64,000 nt of DNA. It comes from Amoeboaphelidium protococcarum X5 (Eukaryota > Fungi > Aphelidiomycota). Both the position numbers and the translations under genes were made by a program. The notes beneath the pieces were generated by a model that searched no databases, was not told the DNA's origin, and saw only the letters and a program-made list of their open reading frames with translations. Shown here one piece after another: positions 1-13,857 of the stretch (positions are counted from its first letter, which is position 1; each line of letters opens with the position of its first letter). The DNA lies in assembly GCA_023515725.1 (NCBI GenBank), contig JALDTO010000155.1:157091-221090 (forward strand). Reading direction: 5' to 3'.

Positions 1-149
1 AAATGGGCGATTGAATTTTCTCAAATGGTGAACTAAGCGCGTCTGGCGTTCCAGAACAATGACGAAAAGCTTTGAACGATCAGACTTCTCCTCACTTTCT
101 TGCTTCAATCACAGCTATTTCTTTGCATAGTCTGTAATATAATCATAAT

Positions 150-940
150 ATGACTCTTTCTACAGACGCGGATGGAGTATCATAAGTACTGTTTGACTCT
201 GTATAGACTGCGCTTGAAGATTTTAGTAAGTATTTCCCACGAATACTTTATGATCGCACTGATTGAGATTATTTTCACTGTAATGTAGAGAGAGGATAAT
301 TTGTGATTGTTTTGGACGATGAAGGGCGAGAGAATGAAGGAGATCTGATCGTTGCTGCAGAGGATATGACGCGAGAGTAAATGGCATTTATGGTGAGACA
401 TACGACCGGTATTGTGTGCGTGCCAATGACTAGGTAGCGATTAGAATAATTGGAGATACCTCTCATGGTAACAGCTAATACTGATCCTCACTATACTAAG
501 TTTACAGTTTCCGTTGATTATAAGCACGGTAAGATTTATCTTGTTCTGTTTATATGGTGTAAGTAATATATATATATATATATATATATATGAATGTAGG
601 CACGTCAACCGGAGTCTCAGCTTCAGATCGAACTGCCACTGTTAGAGCACTTGCTGATGGCAATACTGTGGGAGATGATTTTACTCGACCTGGTCACATC
701 TTTCCACTTTTGGCTGATGATAATCTATTGGCAGGTCGACAGGGACACACAGAGGCTTCCCTTGCTCTGTGTCAGCTCACTGGAAAGTCACTGGTTGCCG
801 TAATTAGTGAGTTGGTTCGTGATCAAGACGGTGAAATGGCGAGACGTGATGATTTGATCAAATTCGCTAAACAGCATCAATTGTCCATTATAACTGTAAA
901 GTCTCTTCTCCAACACTGGTTAACCATGTAGCATGAATGA
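150..940 (+). CDS. RIB3: 3,4-dihydroxy-2-butanone-4-phosphate synthase (riboflavin biosynthesis); introns 226-288 and 529-599
   Basis: With TAR=Gln and two GT-AG introns removed, the frame reads VIVLDDEGRENEGDL...FTVSVDYKHGTSTGVSASDR...RPGHIFPL...GHTEA and ends at TGA 938-940. Confidence 0.95.
566..591. repeat. (TA)n microsatellite inside RIB3 intron 2
   Basis: Perfect AT dinucleotide run. Confidence 0.9.
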
Positions 941-1021
941 CATAAAATAATTAAAATAGTATTTAATCTATAGTAATAATTTTAATCAACGATTAAAGTA
1001 TCTTTATTTCGTTCACAATAA

Positions 1022-2434
1022 TCATAACAGGTCGAACAATGACAATTGTTGATTATTGGTGTTTGCCTAGATTTAACCGTTATTACTATTATCACTATTA
1101 TCAACGGTACGAGATTACACTTGTTCAGACTTGACATCAAAAGCATTCTCAAATATTTTTGCATCCACGCTAGCCTAAGTTCTGTGGCCATTATAGCCGG
1201 AATTTTTAACTCTTCCACGGCGAACGTTAGAATCCACAGCAGATACTTCATATTGATCATTCTGTACCGCTTGCTGTGATTACTGAGGTACGCTTGGTAG
1301 ATCCTGATTCACAGATTCATTCACGTACTTATCATGGTTCGCCTCATGCTCTGCAGGTAGAGGATGATAACTAAGTGAACGACCAATACCCGGGAATACT
1401 TTGGCCATTAACTGATAGATATTAGGACGATAAAGAGCATCTACTGTCAAACACCACCTGATCGTGTCCAACATCAGCTGAGAGTATTGATTTGGAGAAG
1501 AAGATGGAAATCTATACTTTGCATTAAGAATAGCCAACTTGCCGTCTTCCTCATTGAATGGATTTACAAAGTAACACAATTTATACAGAAGCACGCCGAG
1601 AGCCCATACATCAGATTTAGTGCCAAGTCCACACTTTCTGATGCGATACAAGTCACACATCTCTGGCGATCTATACTGTATCGTTGTAAATCTATCGATA
1701 TCCTCTTATAATGCTGACATGTCGTGAGCAGATAACGATTGGCCAGGCGTAAATGTCCGCGTGGTACAACTTCCAAAATCGCACAATTTAAATAAAGTTG
1801 ATCCATCAGCACTCATTTAAATTAAGACGTTTTCCACCTTCAAATCTCTATGGACAACCGGTGGATTCTGATAGTGAAGGAATGCAGTGGCATCAACCAC
1901 CTGGCTGAATATAGTCCACACTTCGCTCTCCTACAGCTTAGTACTCAGCCGTCTGTTCATCATATCAACCAAACCACCGCCGACACAAAACTCCATCGCT
2001 ATGCACACTTACAGGCCATGTGAAGAATACTACTGCTACTGCTATCTTCCATCCCCTCCCATGACCGAAGAGTCGATATAGCGCACAATGTTTGGATGCT
2101 TGAGTTGTTTCATCAGTGCAAGTTCATTCATCACCTGGTGCTGCATTACACCATCGCTAGAAGTCTAAATCATTTTTATCACTAACGGGAATCCATCTAG
2201 ACCTCTCGCCAGGTACACTCGCGCAAATCCACCTACACACTGATCGTAAAAGTATGAATGTTTAATCGTTCGTACACACTATATATATCAAAGAATCAAA
2301 CCTTCTGCGAGAAATCTCTCGGGTAAGGCTACGACACTACCGACCGTTATAGGCGCAGGTCTACCTTGAGGAGAACTTGGCTGCAGTATAGGATCATCCT
2401 AATGCTAATACAACTACGATAAATGCTGCTACAT
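1022..2434 (-). CDS. NAK-family (Ark1/Prk1/AAK1-like) Ser/Thr kinase; intron 2233-2301
   Basis: LAEG|GFARVYLA across the intron, HRDLKVENV, LCDFG, YRSPEMCDLY, KSDVWALGVLLYKLCYF; TGA at 1022-1024. Confidence 0.9.
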
Positions 2435-2630
2435 GGTCTCGCTGCTATTTAATGATTGTTTCAGCTTTTTGTTTCACTGAGGATGGTTGAAGCGAGAAAA
2501 GATCAATCTAAATCGCGCGGTGATTTTAGGGGTACGTCGCACTATTCTAGTTCAGTAGCAGGTAAAGCAAGAGCAATAAAATTGAAACATAGTCGCAGTG
2601 TTACCTAAGAATAACTACGCTTCATCTGAT

Positions 2631-2957
2631 TCATTTTGTACACTTGAAAGAAGAAGAATCCCAAGCAGAGTTGAAGAAGTAGATATCTTCCGATTCTTCA
2701 TCCGTTGCCATGAGTGCCACCGCAGTTTCCTCTAAATACAGGAGTTTGCTTATTTTGTTTTAACAATAATGTGTTTATTTTTGAATAAGTTCTCTGCATA
2801 ATTTTAATGTGAACAATACTTATCGAAGAGTATGGAGTGAAAGAGCTGAAGAGTTAAGGGGCGTACACGCAATTACCGGTTGGTGTCGCTGTTGTGTCAA
2901 GCAAATCTTGACTTGCTATTATAAGAGCAATGACGGCGCAAATGTTTAGACAATCAT
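2631..2957 (-). CDS. hypothetical protein, 108 aa
   Basis: Uninterrupted ATG-to-TGA frame under table 6 filling an otherwise long spacer; no recognisable motif. Confidence 0.3.
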
Positions 2958-3154
2958 ACGGCCATTGTATAATAGCACCAGACCGCAGACATTATATATG
3001 GCGTTATTTTGAATGGCCAAGCCATTATTTCCAATTTAGTGATCGCGAGGCACCTCAATTTAACACACAGGAGAGGAGGAGCGCCCCTTTAAATATCAAT
3101 CAAACAAATTCCTAAAACATAAATTGACTTTCTCTCATTACAACTTCATTAAAG

Positions 3155-4681
<1,527 letters not shown>

Positions 4682-4878
4682 ATGACTTGGGACATGGTCA
4701 TTTCCAAATACATCGATGATCTATCTTCGTTACTGTTGAATATGCTGAGAAATAAAATTTATTAAATACCATCTCTATAATGTTACCAAAGTGAAAAATG
4801 TTTAATTAATTCATAAATGTTTATATTATCAACAACAACAACAACAGTTTGATTTAAATACACCCAAAACTAGTGCCA

Positions 4879-6345
4879 TCAAAACCAGACATCGTGTACT
4901 TTCCCTGTGGAGCCATCAGTTTTGATAAATTGCCCCTTTTGGCCATGGAGAATTCCATTTTGATAATCGTTTGGAGTCTCAAGATAATTTTTGACATCCA
5001 CATACATTGCAATGCCCAGTGGTTCAATAACCTTGACGTTATTTCGAGCAATGAACCCAAAATTGATATTGAGTTTCTGGCGGAGGCACTTTTTTATAGC
5101 CTGTAAAGCAACCATACTTTCGTTATGGAATGCACCATCACAGCCGTTGCCGTCAATTTCCTGTGCCAGCAGTTTAAGGGCCACAAAGCCATTCCGTGCT
5201 TTGTAGGGTTTACGCGTAAATGGACTAATAGTGAAATTACCAAACACTTCTTCGATATCGATGACACCATTGCCATTGATATCAGACATGGCCAGCATTT
5301 TGTCACCATCAACAGCTCCACCATCTCGGTCATTCACCTGTTCTGGTTCCAGAGTGATTCCGACACCTCGCTTAGCAGATACTTTACCATCATCGTTCAT
5401 ATCAAAAATTAGGGGAGACCCGTCACCGCCAACAGAAACCCCGGAATCAAAAGTTGGAAAATCATTTGGGGGAGGCTCCCCAGCAGGAGGAAAAGGACTT
5501 GGAAGAAAGGACCATTTCTTCTTCAAAAATGGCTTACTTTCATAATCAGGATTCATCCACCACAATTTATATTCCTCCATCGAAGAAAATCCGGAAGGAA
5601 CTGGCGGTGGTTACCAGGTAGGATAGTTGGGATTGTACGATGGTGGAAACTAAATAGGTGTTGATGGCGTTGCACTTTCCGGCACTCGCGGTTAAGTGAC
5701 TGATGCAGATGTTGATGGCTTGCGTGTCCGAGTACCTGTAGTGGTAGGAGGACGGCTAGAGGATTTGCTCTTTAAAGGAGGCAACGAATCAGTAAATGTA
5801 ATGGAAGGCACATTATATTAGCTCTTAATGACTGTACTCGTAATTGACGATTTAGAGCGATAAGGCGTCTCTTAACGACTGCCAGTAAATGTTGCAGTAC
5901 TATGAGAGTTTGTATGAGCAGAACTGGAGCGATGCGCTGATGGCAGTGGAGAGGATGGTACGTTAATAGATTACGTCTGCAAAGGCTCATCAGTAGAACT
6001 TGCTGATGGCCATGAGCCAGATGTCATGGTAACAGACGGTAAAGAGGCTCTCTTAGACGATTATATAGACTGAGAGGTAGGTACTAGCGCGGTTTAACTG
6101 CTACTACTACCACTTTTAGAATTTACTCTTGTAGTTGAACAGATTGAAGATGAGGTATAGACAACAGATTCACTACTACTACATGGTGTGCTAGAAGAAT
6201 AGGAGGATATAATAGCAGAAGCAGATGAATCAGAGCCGCGCAAGCGACACTTTAATACCACAGCTGGCGTGGGATCCGTATTTCCAGGCAATGATAACAC
6301 GCAAGCAAACAGCGAATGGAAAAGATATCCCAGAATTAACAGCAT
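4879..6345 (-). CDS. secreted Ser/Thr/Pro-rich protein with C-terminal FrpC self-processing-module-like Ca2+-binding domain, 488 aa
   Basis: One continuous frame under table 6: signal peptide MLLILGYLFHSLFACVLS, mucin-like stalk, then SPLIFDMNDDG...DINGNGVIDIEEVFGN...NGFVAL...GQFIKTDGSTGKVHDVWF, TGA. Confidence 0.8.
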
Positions 6346-6613
6346 TTTGTCACTTTTTGTCTCAGATAAACAATCAGCTACAATTCGTAAATAGGCTTAG
6401 ACGTGTGGTCACTAATACCGTAAGTCCAATCATTAGAGCCCTCATAAACGGATGCCGAATCCGCTGCAAGAGTCAAAGTTGCTCAGTAGCTCCGACTGTT
6501 CATCAACATTCCGCCAACACAATGTTAACGGTACGCTATCAAAAACCGTAATTATTAAAGTAATCAAGTCAATAAAAAATACTCTTTGATTACACATTCA
6601 AATTTGATTCACA

Positions 6614-9220
6614 TCACTCGAGCTGTAGACGCGACTTCAACTTTTGCAATATGAAAGACGCCAAGTAACGATTGTCAGAGCTAGAATCATTCTACCAGAC
6701 ATCGTCAATGAGCCAATTTACGAGCTAGTTCACATCAAATCTCTTGCAATTATCAGAAATAGCCACTTGCCAGTTGAATGGAAGAACTTCTTACCGCCGA
6801 TATCCGATGGAATAGCTATCATCAGCGATCTCCAACGCAGAGCTCAAAGCCAATAACAAAGGCTGTCTAGCACTAGGATAATCAATGAGTTAAATGAGCT
6901 TCTAACCATCGTGGAGCTCAATCTTTGCAGATTAACAAAACTGCCAATACCAGCCAAAGACACGTCCAAGCTCGGTGAAATTCTCATATAATTCAGCAGG
7001 ACCAGTGCCACAGCTACGGATAAGAATGCAAAGCGTTGTCATCCACTTGGCCAAAAGTTAGGCCGTAGTTACTTGAACATGGCGCGTCTGAGTAATGTCA
7101 CTTTAAACTTAATTAACAATTTACAATTTTGATACATATGACGTTAAACCGGCTAAATGAGAATGTCCACTAAGCAAAAGATTCTAATCCACAGTCTGAC
7201 ATTCTTGCCTCAGCCATTCCAGCTTAGATGTAAAAAGTCCCCTTGATAGCAACTTTATCCAATCTTTCACGATGACGTTTAATAGATTCTCCCTTTCAGA
7301 GCGTTATTATAAGATTTTAGAGGATAGTGGGTGAAATCTATTAACATCTCCCTCTTTCACTATTAGTTAAGTATTTGATGGTGATGATGACAACTTCAAT
7401 TGATTAAGCATAACATCCAGAGATTGCTCAAATCCAGTCTTTCCAGCAGACAGTGCTTCCAGCTCCGCCTAATAAGTTGAAGATAAAGAATGTGAAGTCT
7501 TAATTATGACATCCAACACGTCTGATCGGCCGCCTAGAGACAATCCTTTAGAATTCCAAAATTCATCAATCAACATCCGGCCGCATTACTTGGGCTGTGC
7601 TTAGAGTAGTGCACAAAGACAGTACATTCTCAATTAATCGAAATCTTTCAGACCATAATCATTACTCACATACAATATGCGGTGACATAGATCAAGTGAT
7701 GCATTTGACAACTCTCTCTTTGACTGAGTGCCATTGATCGACTATGGAATAGCTCTTAAGACCAACTCAAGTCGCTGTCTGTCATTAGATTTAGCATACA
7801 GCTTCATGTACTGAACACATTGATTAAGAGTAGTAGGCGCTGCAAGCTGAATTTTCCCCGGAAGATCCATTGGATCCAAATCATCGTCAGAATCTCCGAG
7901 TACCTCGTCGGCCACGTAGTTTCGACCTCTTGATAACTAAGACGGCGTTGTCCCTAACTTATCGACTTTCTTATAATGATCAGATTACGTTCTACTTTCA
8001 GGCTCATCTTGACTTCTATCCACTTTAAGAGATTCTGCCTAATTTGAAGACTTCATCTCGGCATAAGAATCATGATTCAAAACAAATTATACAGAGTGAT
8101 ATGAGCATTCTTCAAGTTGGAAGTCAAGAGACTGCTAGACTTCAGTCCCAGAGCAAGGATAAGGAAGAGCATTAATAAACTTTTAAGCCACTGCAAGAGC
8201 CACGTATTTGTATTCCAAATTAGGCAAGTCAAGATAATAAGGGATTCCTTTAATAATACATTCTCGTAAATGGACGACAATATCACTAGATTCAATAGAA
8301 ATGCGGTGCTCTTACAGCAGTAGGAACATCATCATACAAGTGTACTAATGATGCCAAGGATCAGAAATGCACATAATTTCAATAGCATTGCTCCATCTCT
8401 TTGTCAATAGATCCAACACAGACATAGCTTATGTTTTCGAGACTAAACGCGTCAATACTTTAACAATTGATAGCAATAATTATCCATGAGGATCGAGATA
8501 CATTAAGAACTTAGGATCACATATGCGATTAAGAAGAGACTGGTCAATAGAGCAATTATTCAACACAATCTGAACTTACAATTCTACATCAAACTAATGA
8601 TAGCTGTCAAAAGTCACAGGCTATTGTAAATGTTCAAGTTATGACTGAAGTAAAGTTCTAAACCACGATTCCTTTAATCTGCTACTAGTTATTAGAGAGA
8701 CAATACTCGACAAAGAACAATGCCCGCAGCTTTAAATAAGTTCTTCAACAACTAAATATGCTTAATCACAATCGATCCATTATTAAAGCGGAATGACATG
8801 TAGATAATCATTACCAATTCTACGTCGGACTAATTCAAGCCATTACAATATCAAACACGTGTGAAATCGACGCGACTATAACCAACTTGGGCATTAACCA
8901 AGACATTACTAAGCTCTACCAGGTACTTCCATAATTTTCTTAATCAAAGACTCAAATACAGCAGCTTATAACTGTTATTCAGAGTAATCCTTTTAGATAT
9001 TACACATGGCTTTGGACAGAAAGTCATACTGAGTTATCATAGATTTCAATTACAGAATCGAATCTTGCAATACATCACTTGGTGAGTCGAAATTTACATT
9101 TTAAATTAATTATATGACTAGATCCACATCAATCTAAGTTTGTAAAGTATTCATCTATGCCAACTAAAAAGCTAATCTAATCAAAAAATAATTGATGGCT
9201 GAATGATTGTTGTAATTCAT
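6614..9220 (-). CDS. TEL2: Tel2 (TTT complex, PIKK chaperone), about 868 aa
   Basis: Long helical-repeat frame with acidic DSDDDLDPMDL motif followed by a Telomere_reg-2-like block (PTTLNQCVQYM...ELSNASLDLCHRILYVSNDY...LRMYCLCALL); start codon uncertain. Confidence 0.8.
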
Positions 9221-9339
9221 TGAACAGGAAAAAGCATATGAAGTGCGATCGCCGTCAAATATTGAGTTACAACAAAATGACGCGTTATAATGGTTGATCG
9301 AGAGTTATTGCATTATTGTATTGCTTAAGCACAAACCTA

Positions 9340-10505
9340 TCACTTTATCATGTTGGCAGTACGTACAACGCCTTTACCAACTTTTTCTTTATTATTCCAA
9401 GCAGCTTTACCCGCAGCTTTGGCTTGATCAGACTGCGCTACTTTGATCAACGTTTCCTTGTTGTCGTACGCAGCTTTCATTGCCATCTGGCCTTGTTTAG
9501 AGCCGGCAATCTTTTGAGCGGCAGCTGCAGTCTCCTAGCCATCTTTTGAGGTGGCATACTTGAACATTTCCATTTGGGATGGTGGCGCGTTATTATCACT
9601 CTGCTTAGGAGTGGCCGCAACTTTAGAATTCTATTAATTTTGCTATTTCGGTGCGTTTTTGTCAGTGGAAGAGACAGGCCTACTGCTACAAAGAGTTGGC
9701 GATGCAATTGCTGCACTTAAGACAAATGAACGAGCCCATTGCAGTTGATTAGGGGGCAACTTTTCCGGGACCGGGACTTTATCATTAACTAGACGCGCAA
9801 TGATGTGCATGGCAATGATAAATTCACCGGGCTTTAAAGCGTTAGCAGAGGATGATTAATTCTAATCATACACCAGTTGCCAGACTTTAGCCAAACTGTC
9901 TTTGCCTGCGCCAGATGTGGACCAAAGTTGCTTCACTGTACTAGCTTCCACTAATCCGCAGTTATCTGGATCGTGTTTTCTAAATATCTTCACGTAAGAG
10001 TTGAATCTATCAGCCGGAATGAAGTCTGGTGCAGATACAGTGATACTACCGCCTTGACTAGGCAGAGATGCATTAGATGAATTGTTAGAGCGTAGTGGGA
10101 TAGGTGGAGCGGGTGCCTTTTGCTTCTTACTCGCGGTGACTTATTAAGCACTTTATTGTTGCTACTATACAGAGTAGGAATCAACATCCACATCGGCAAT
10201 CTTTGGTCTTGGCTTTACAGGAGGCGGTGTATCAACTTGCTACTACTTTGGTGGTTGATCTTCATCTTTAAGCTGTACATGCGTGCTGGGAATCAAGCCG
10301 CGCTACTGAGTGTTTATTAAAGTGGCGACTAACCACCCATCTTCACTAGATTATTACACTACATATAACTAAAATATTAATAAGATGATTGTATAACGCG
10401 AAATGCAAATGTTTATATCTTACCATCGCAAAATTGATCATTGGTCTGGAATGACAATTCATCCTAATCTTCAGCGTCGCATGGGTGAATTGCTACAGCT
10501 CTCAT
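9340..10505 (-). CDS. SH3 plus EH-domain adaptor protein; intron 10359-10423
   Basis: SH3 (AIHPCDAEDQDELSF...EDGWL...RGLIPSTHV), PxxP linker, EH domain (YVKIFRKHD...LAKVWQLV...EFIIAMHII...VPEKLP). Confidence 0.8.
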
Positions 10506-10664
10506 TACTTATAAACTTTTTAACGCCTCTTAATTCGATTATTTTTTACTAAATTTGCTATTGAAAAAATCAAGATTGTCTTGATTTAATTAAGCATTAG
10601 ATATTTTCAAGAAATTTGAGATAAATTTAGACCATTGAGCAAGTGATTGATTAGAGAGTTGATT

Positions 10665-11576
10665 ATGCTCAATTGGAGGCACATGATTCAGGCTACAGCT
10701 TTGCGTCGAAAGATTTCAGTGAAAGATCATTATGCGGGTGAATTCAGTTTGTAAAAACTTTTAAGCAAGATTGAACAAGTATCCTCTGGCTAAGACAGTA
10801 TTGTAACAGATGACATTGATAGCTTGCATGTTGGTGGATCTGAAGCTACATTGCGGCTGGTCAAGTTGGCGCAAATACAAAATGGGTCCAAAGTTCTTGA
10901 TTTAGGATGCGGTCTGGGAGGTACAAGTAGAATGCTGGCGTCCTAATTAAAATGTAGCGTTCTTGGCGTGGATTTCTCTGAAGCATTCATCGATGGCGCT
11001 CAACAAATAGCTCAATTACATTTAGCTAAATAACAAAACTTTGAACTATTAGATTGGAGGCAGCATAGTAGTGGCGTACCTGCCTCTGGTGGTCAACTCT
11101 ATTACGAAATTGGAGATATTAGCGCGACATAAAGAATAGATGGAGAGTTTGACGTTGTTTGGATATGTCATGCGTTGATGCACTGCCGCAACGTTTAATC
11201 GTTAATGGAGAGTTTGCATAGTAAGCTGAAGACTGGCGGTAGAGCGGTAATCTACGACATTTTCAAGTCTCAGACATTCGATGATGCTGATATGCGTGTT
11301 CCTCTGCCATTTACCTCTGATCGATCCCAAGTCTCTTTACGCACTTTATAATAGTTTCAAGAGTATCTAGATGGTAAGTTCAAGGTGAGTTAAATTGAAG
11401 ATTGGTCATCATTCGGCCTTTAATGGATGGAGAGGACTCGTTCGCATGTGCCTTTAATATCACCAAAGCTAGTATTGGGTGGAGATTCGGCCAAGATGAA
11501 GAGCATGAATATGAGACACCATTTATCATAAGGAGACTTTATATTGATGACAATTGTCTTAAATAAGCAAGAGTGA
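10665..11576 (+). CDS. class I SAM-dependent methyltransferase (sarcosine/dimethylglycine N-methyltransferase-like), 303 aa
   Basis: DSLHVGGSEATLRL...KVLDLGCGLGGTSRMLA...VLGVD; LKTGGRAVIYD. Confidence 0.85.
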
Positions 11577-12046
11577 AAATGATGAGTGTATTATTTTATT
11601 ATTAAGACGCATTTATTTCTTGCGTTTGTCCAGTAGGTATCACTGTATATAGATTGGTTCTCCCGTTTATTGTCTCATGTGTGTATAATCTGCTTAGTAA
11701 GTACAAGCTATATTAGCACACGCGTCGATCAAGTATCAACAGCTGACTCTCTGGGGGCTTAGATGATCAACATTGTTTCAAGTGAGCCGCCTCTCTAATC
11801 ATTGACATCTCGAAGAGGCAAGTATCTGCAGTATATACGCGCGCCTCTTATGAGCATTGATTTCTTCCACTTAACGTGTTAATATATAATTCATCTTATT
11901 AACATATATTTATCTTCTTGTACTTCTGTTGGTGTCTCTGTTGACTCTTAGTCTTTTCATATAGCTTCCCGTCTTGTTCATATTGTGTATATAGTTTGTC
12001 CTATACTTAAATTTTCGTGTTAGCAAACTTTCATGCAAATAACGCA

Positions 12047-12119
12047 AGGCTTATAGCGCAGTTGGTAGCGCGCTCGCTTAGCGTGCGAGAGGTCTCGGGT
12101 TCAATTCCTGATGAGTCCA
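12047..12119 (+). tRNA. tRNA-Ala(AGC), with A1:C72 mismatch and G37
   Basis: Cloverleaf, G3:U70 alanine identity pair, anticodon arm ctcgc-TTAGCGT-gcgag, TTCAATT T-loop, downstream T-run terminator. Confidence 0.85.
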
Positions 12120-12464
12120 TTGCTTTTTATCATTACAGTTTAAAAAGTATCGCGTTCTTTTTAACCTTCAAGCAGCCATCTCCACTATCTGCCGTAATCA
12201 GTTTTGACGCACCAATACTGAATCGGTCCAAAAAAACAAGCGTTTAAATGAATCTAGTGTCCAAAAACTCAGACTAATCGATCAGTCTTAGAGGCACCGA
12301 TTTAAAAATTTCTGTATCCAGACATGTAACCGCAAGATAACGTTAATAAATCGCTTTTTGCATCAGACCGTTCTTTGAAACGTTACGCGGCTTAAAATGC
12401 ATTTCATCGTTGTTTTAGCTCTTTGTTCTGTCCAAGTCAACGCCTTCGTGTAAAACTGCTCAAC

Positions 12465-13703
12465 ATGTCTGAAGTTTTATTTTACGAGTATAGTAGAGAG
12501 ACGATTATCATATCAATCAGTTTTCTGAGCATTTATTTACTAGTGTTTAGTGTATTGTATCGATTAAAATCAAGGTTGCATTGGGCATCTTAATTCCGAC
12601 TACTTCGATATGTTGTAGCCTTCAACTTGACTGTTGCCGCATGTTCCCTTCTTCTTGTCCCGTCATCCATAATTGCCAAGTATATTATTCTGAACTTTAG
12701 TACTATATCCTGGATTACGTGGCTAGACTCTTCACTCATGATATCTATATGGAACGTTGTGTACTGGACATAGCTATTTAGTATCATTGTTCTGACACCA
12801 TTTTCCTATTTTCACTTGGAGTCCGTGTCCACAGGTCGGCAGAAATATCTGGAAGCTGGTAGAGTAACTCTGATGCTATGGCTATTGATTTATATTGCCG
12901 TCACTATATTGAGATTATTGTTGAGGGAATCATAGATGCAGACAATTGACTTTATCCACATTATGACAATGTTTGGCTCACTCTGCTACTTTCTGTACCT
13001 TGTTCCCAAAAGTTTTGCACATATTCTGCGATGACTATCTGCCAATGTGTATCAGAATGTATCCATACAGTATGAGTATATTACCGAGAGTTAAACGCGT
13101 CTATCTGTACTTAATGCATTGCTCACGTTGATACTCATTGTCATAAGTGTTCTCATGGTCTGTTAGTTGTGCTTAAACTCTGTGTATGGACTGTTTTCAA
13201 TGCTGCAAGTATTGTACAGATCTGTATTTGCATCGTAGAAGGGACGAAATGTTTTGCTCTATTAATATGAAGATCTGCGGGCAAAGTAGATAGAGTCCAT
13301 ACTTACTAGCACTAGTTCCTATTTGGGAATGTTTGGTGTCTTTATGGAATTTGTATTCTCCGTCTCACTATCAGCAGTGACAATCTCCAGTTGGATTATC
13401 GCGTCTTTAGATAGTCAAGCAGCTGTCGCATCATCATCATCATTAAAGTGGTCTTCATAATTGGGAGGCCTAGTTAATTCATTTCTCATCCTCTTGGTAT
13501 GCGCTGCTCTCCCAGTGGCCATTCGGGTGCTCGATATCAGCTCTCTTAGTTTACTTGGAACTCTGGGAATGTTGTATGATGAATACAATAATCAAGGGGA
13601 ATATCCTATCTACAGCCTCATCTTCAAACTCATCCTCCTCCTACTTTCATGGCGAAAGTTTATAAAGTTTACTCTAAATATAAATGAAGTTGAATTTTAA
13701 TGA
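12465..13703 (+). CDS. LMBR1: LMBR1/LMBR1L-like multipass membrane protein, 412 aa
   Basis: SLLLVPSSIIAK...WITWLDSSLMISIWN...VLTPFSYFHLES and ALPVAIRVLDISSLSLLG match the LMBR1 pattern; ends TAA TGA. Confidence 0.75.
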
Positions 13704-13857
13704 ATCTTGTGATGTTCCGTTGTAATAACACCCTGGGCGATAGTCTTAGGTGTTCTACTGTATGTTTAAACTCCTTCTCTTTTTACCGTGTATTCTCTAT
13801 TGAGTAAAAAGTTACAAGTATTGTAAATCTATCAAGATACCAGTCATAAGAAAATTG

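Noticed and set aside
4879-5580. Bacterial contamination explaining the SPM-like domain
   Set aside because: It is in frame with a TAR-containing stalk and eukaryotic signal peptide, and is flanked by Akt and TEL2.
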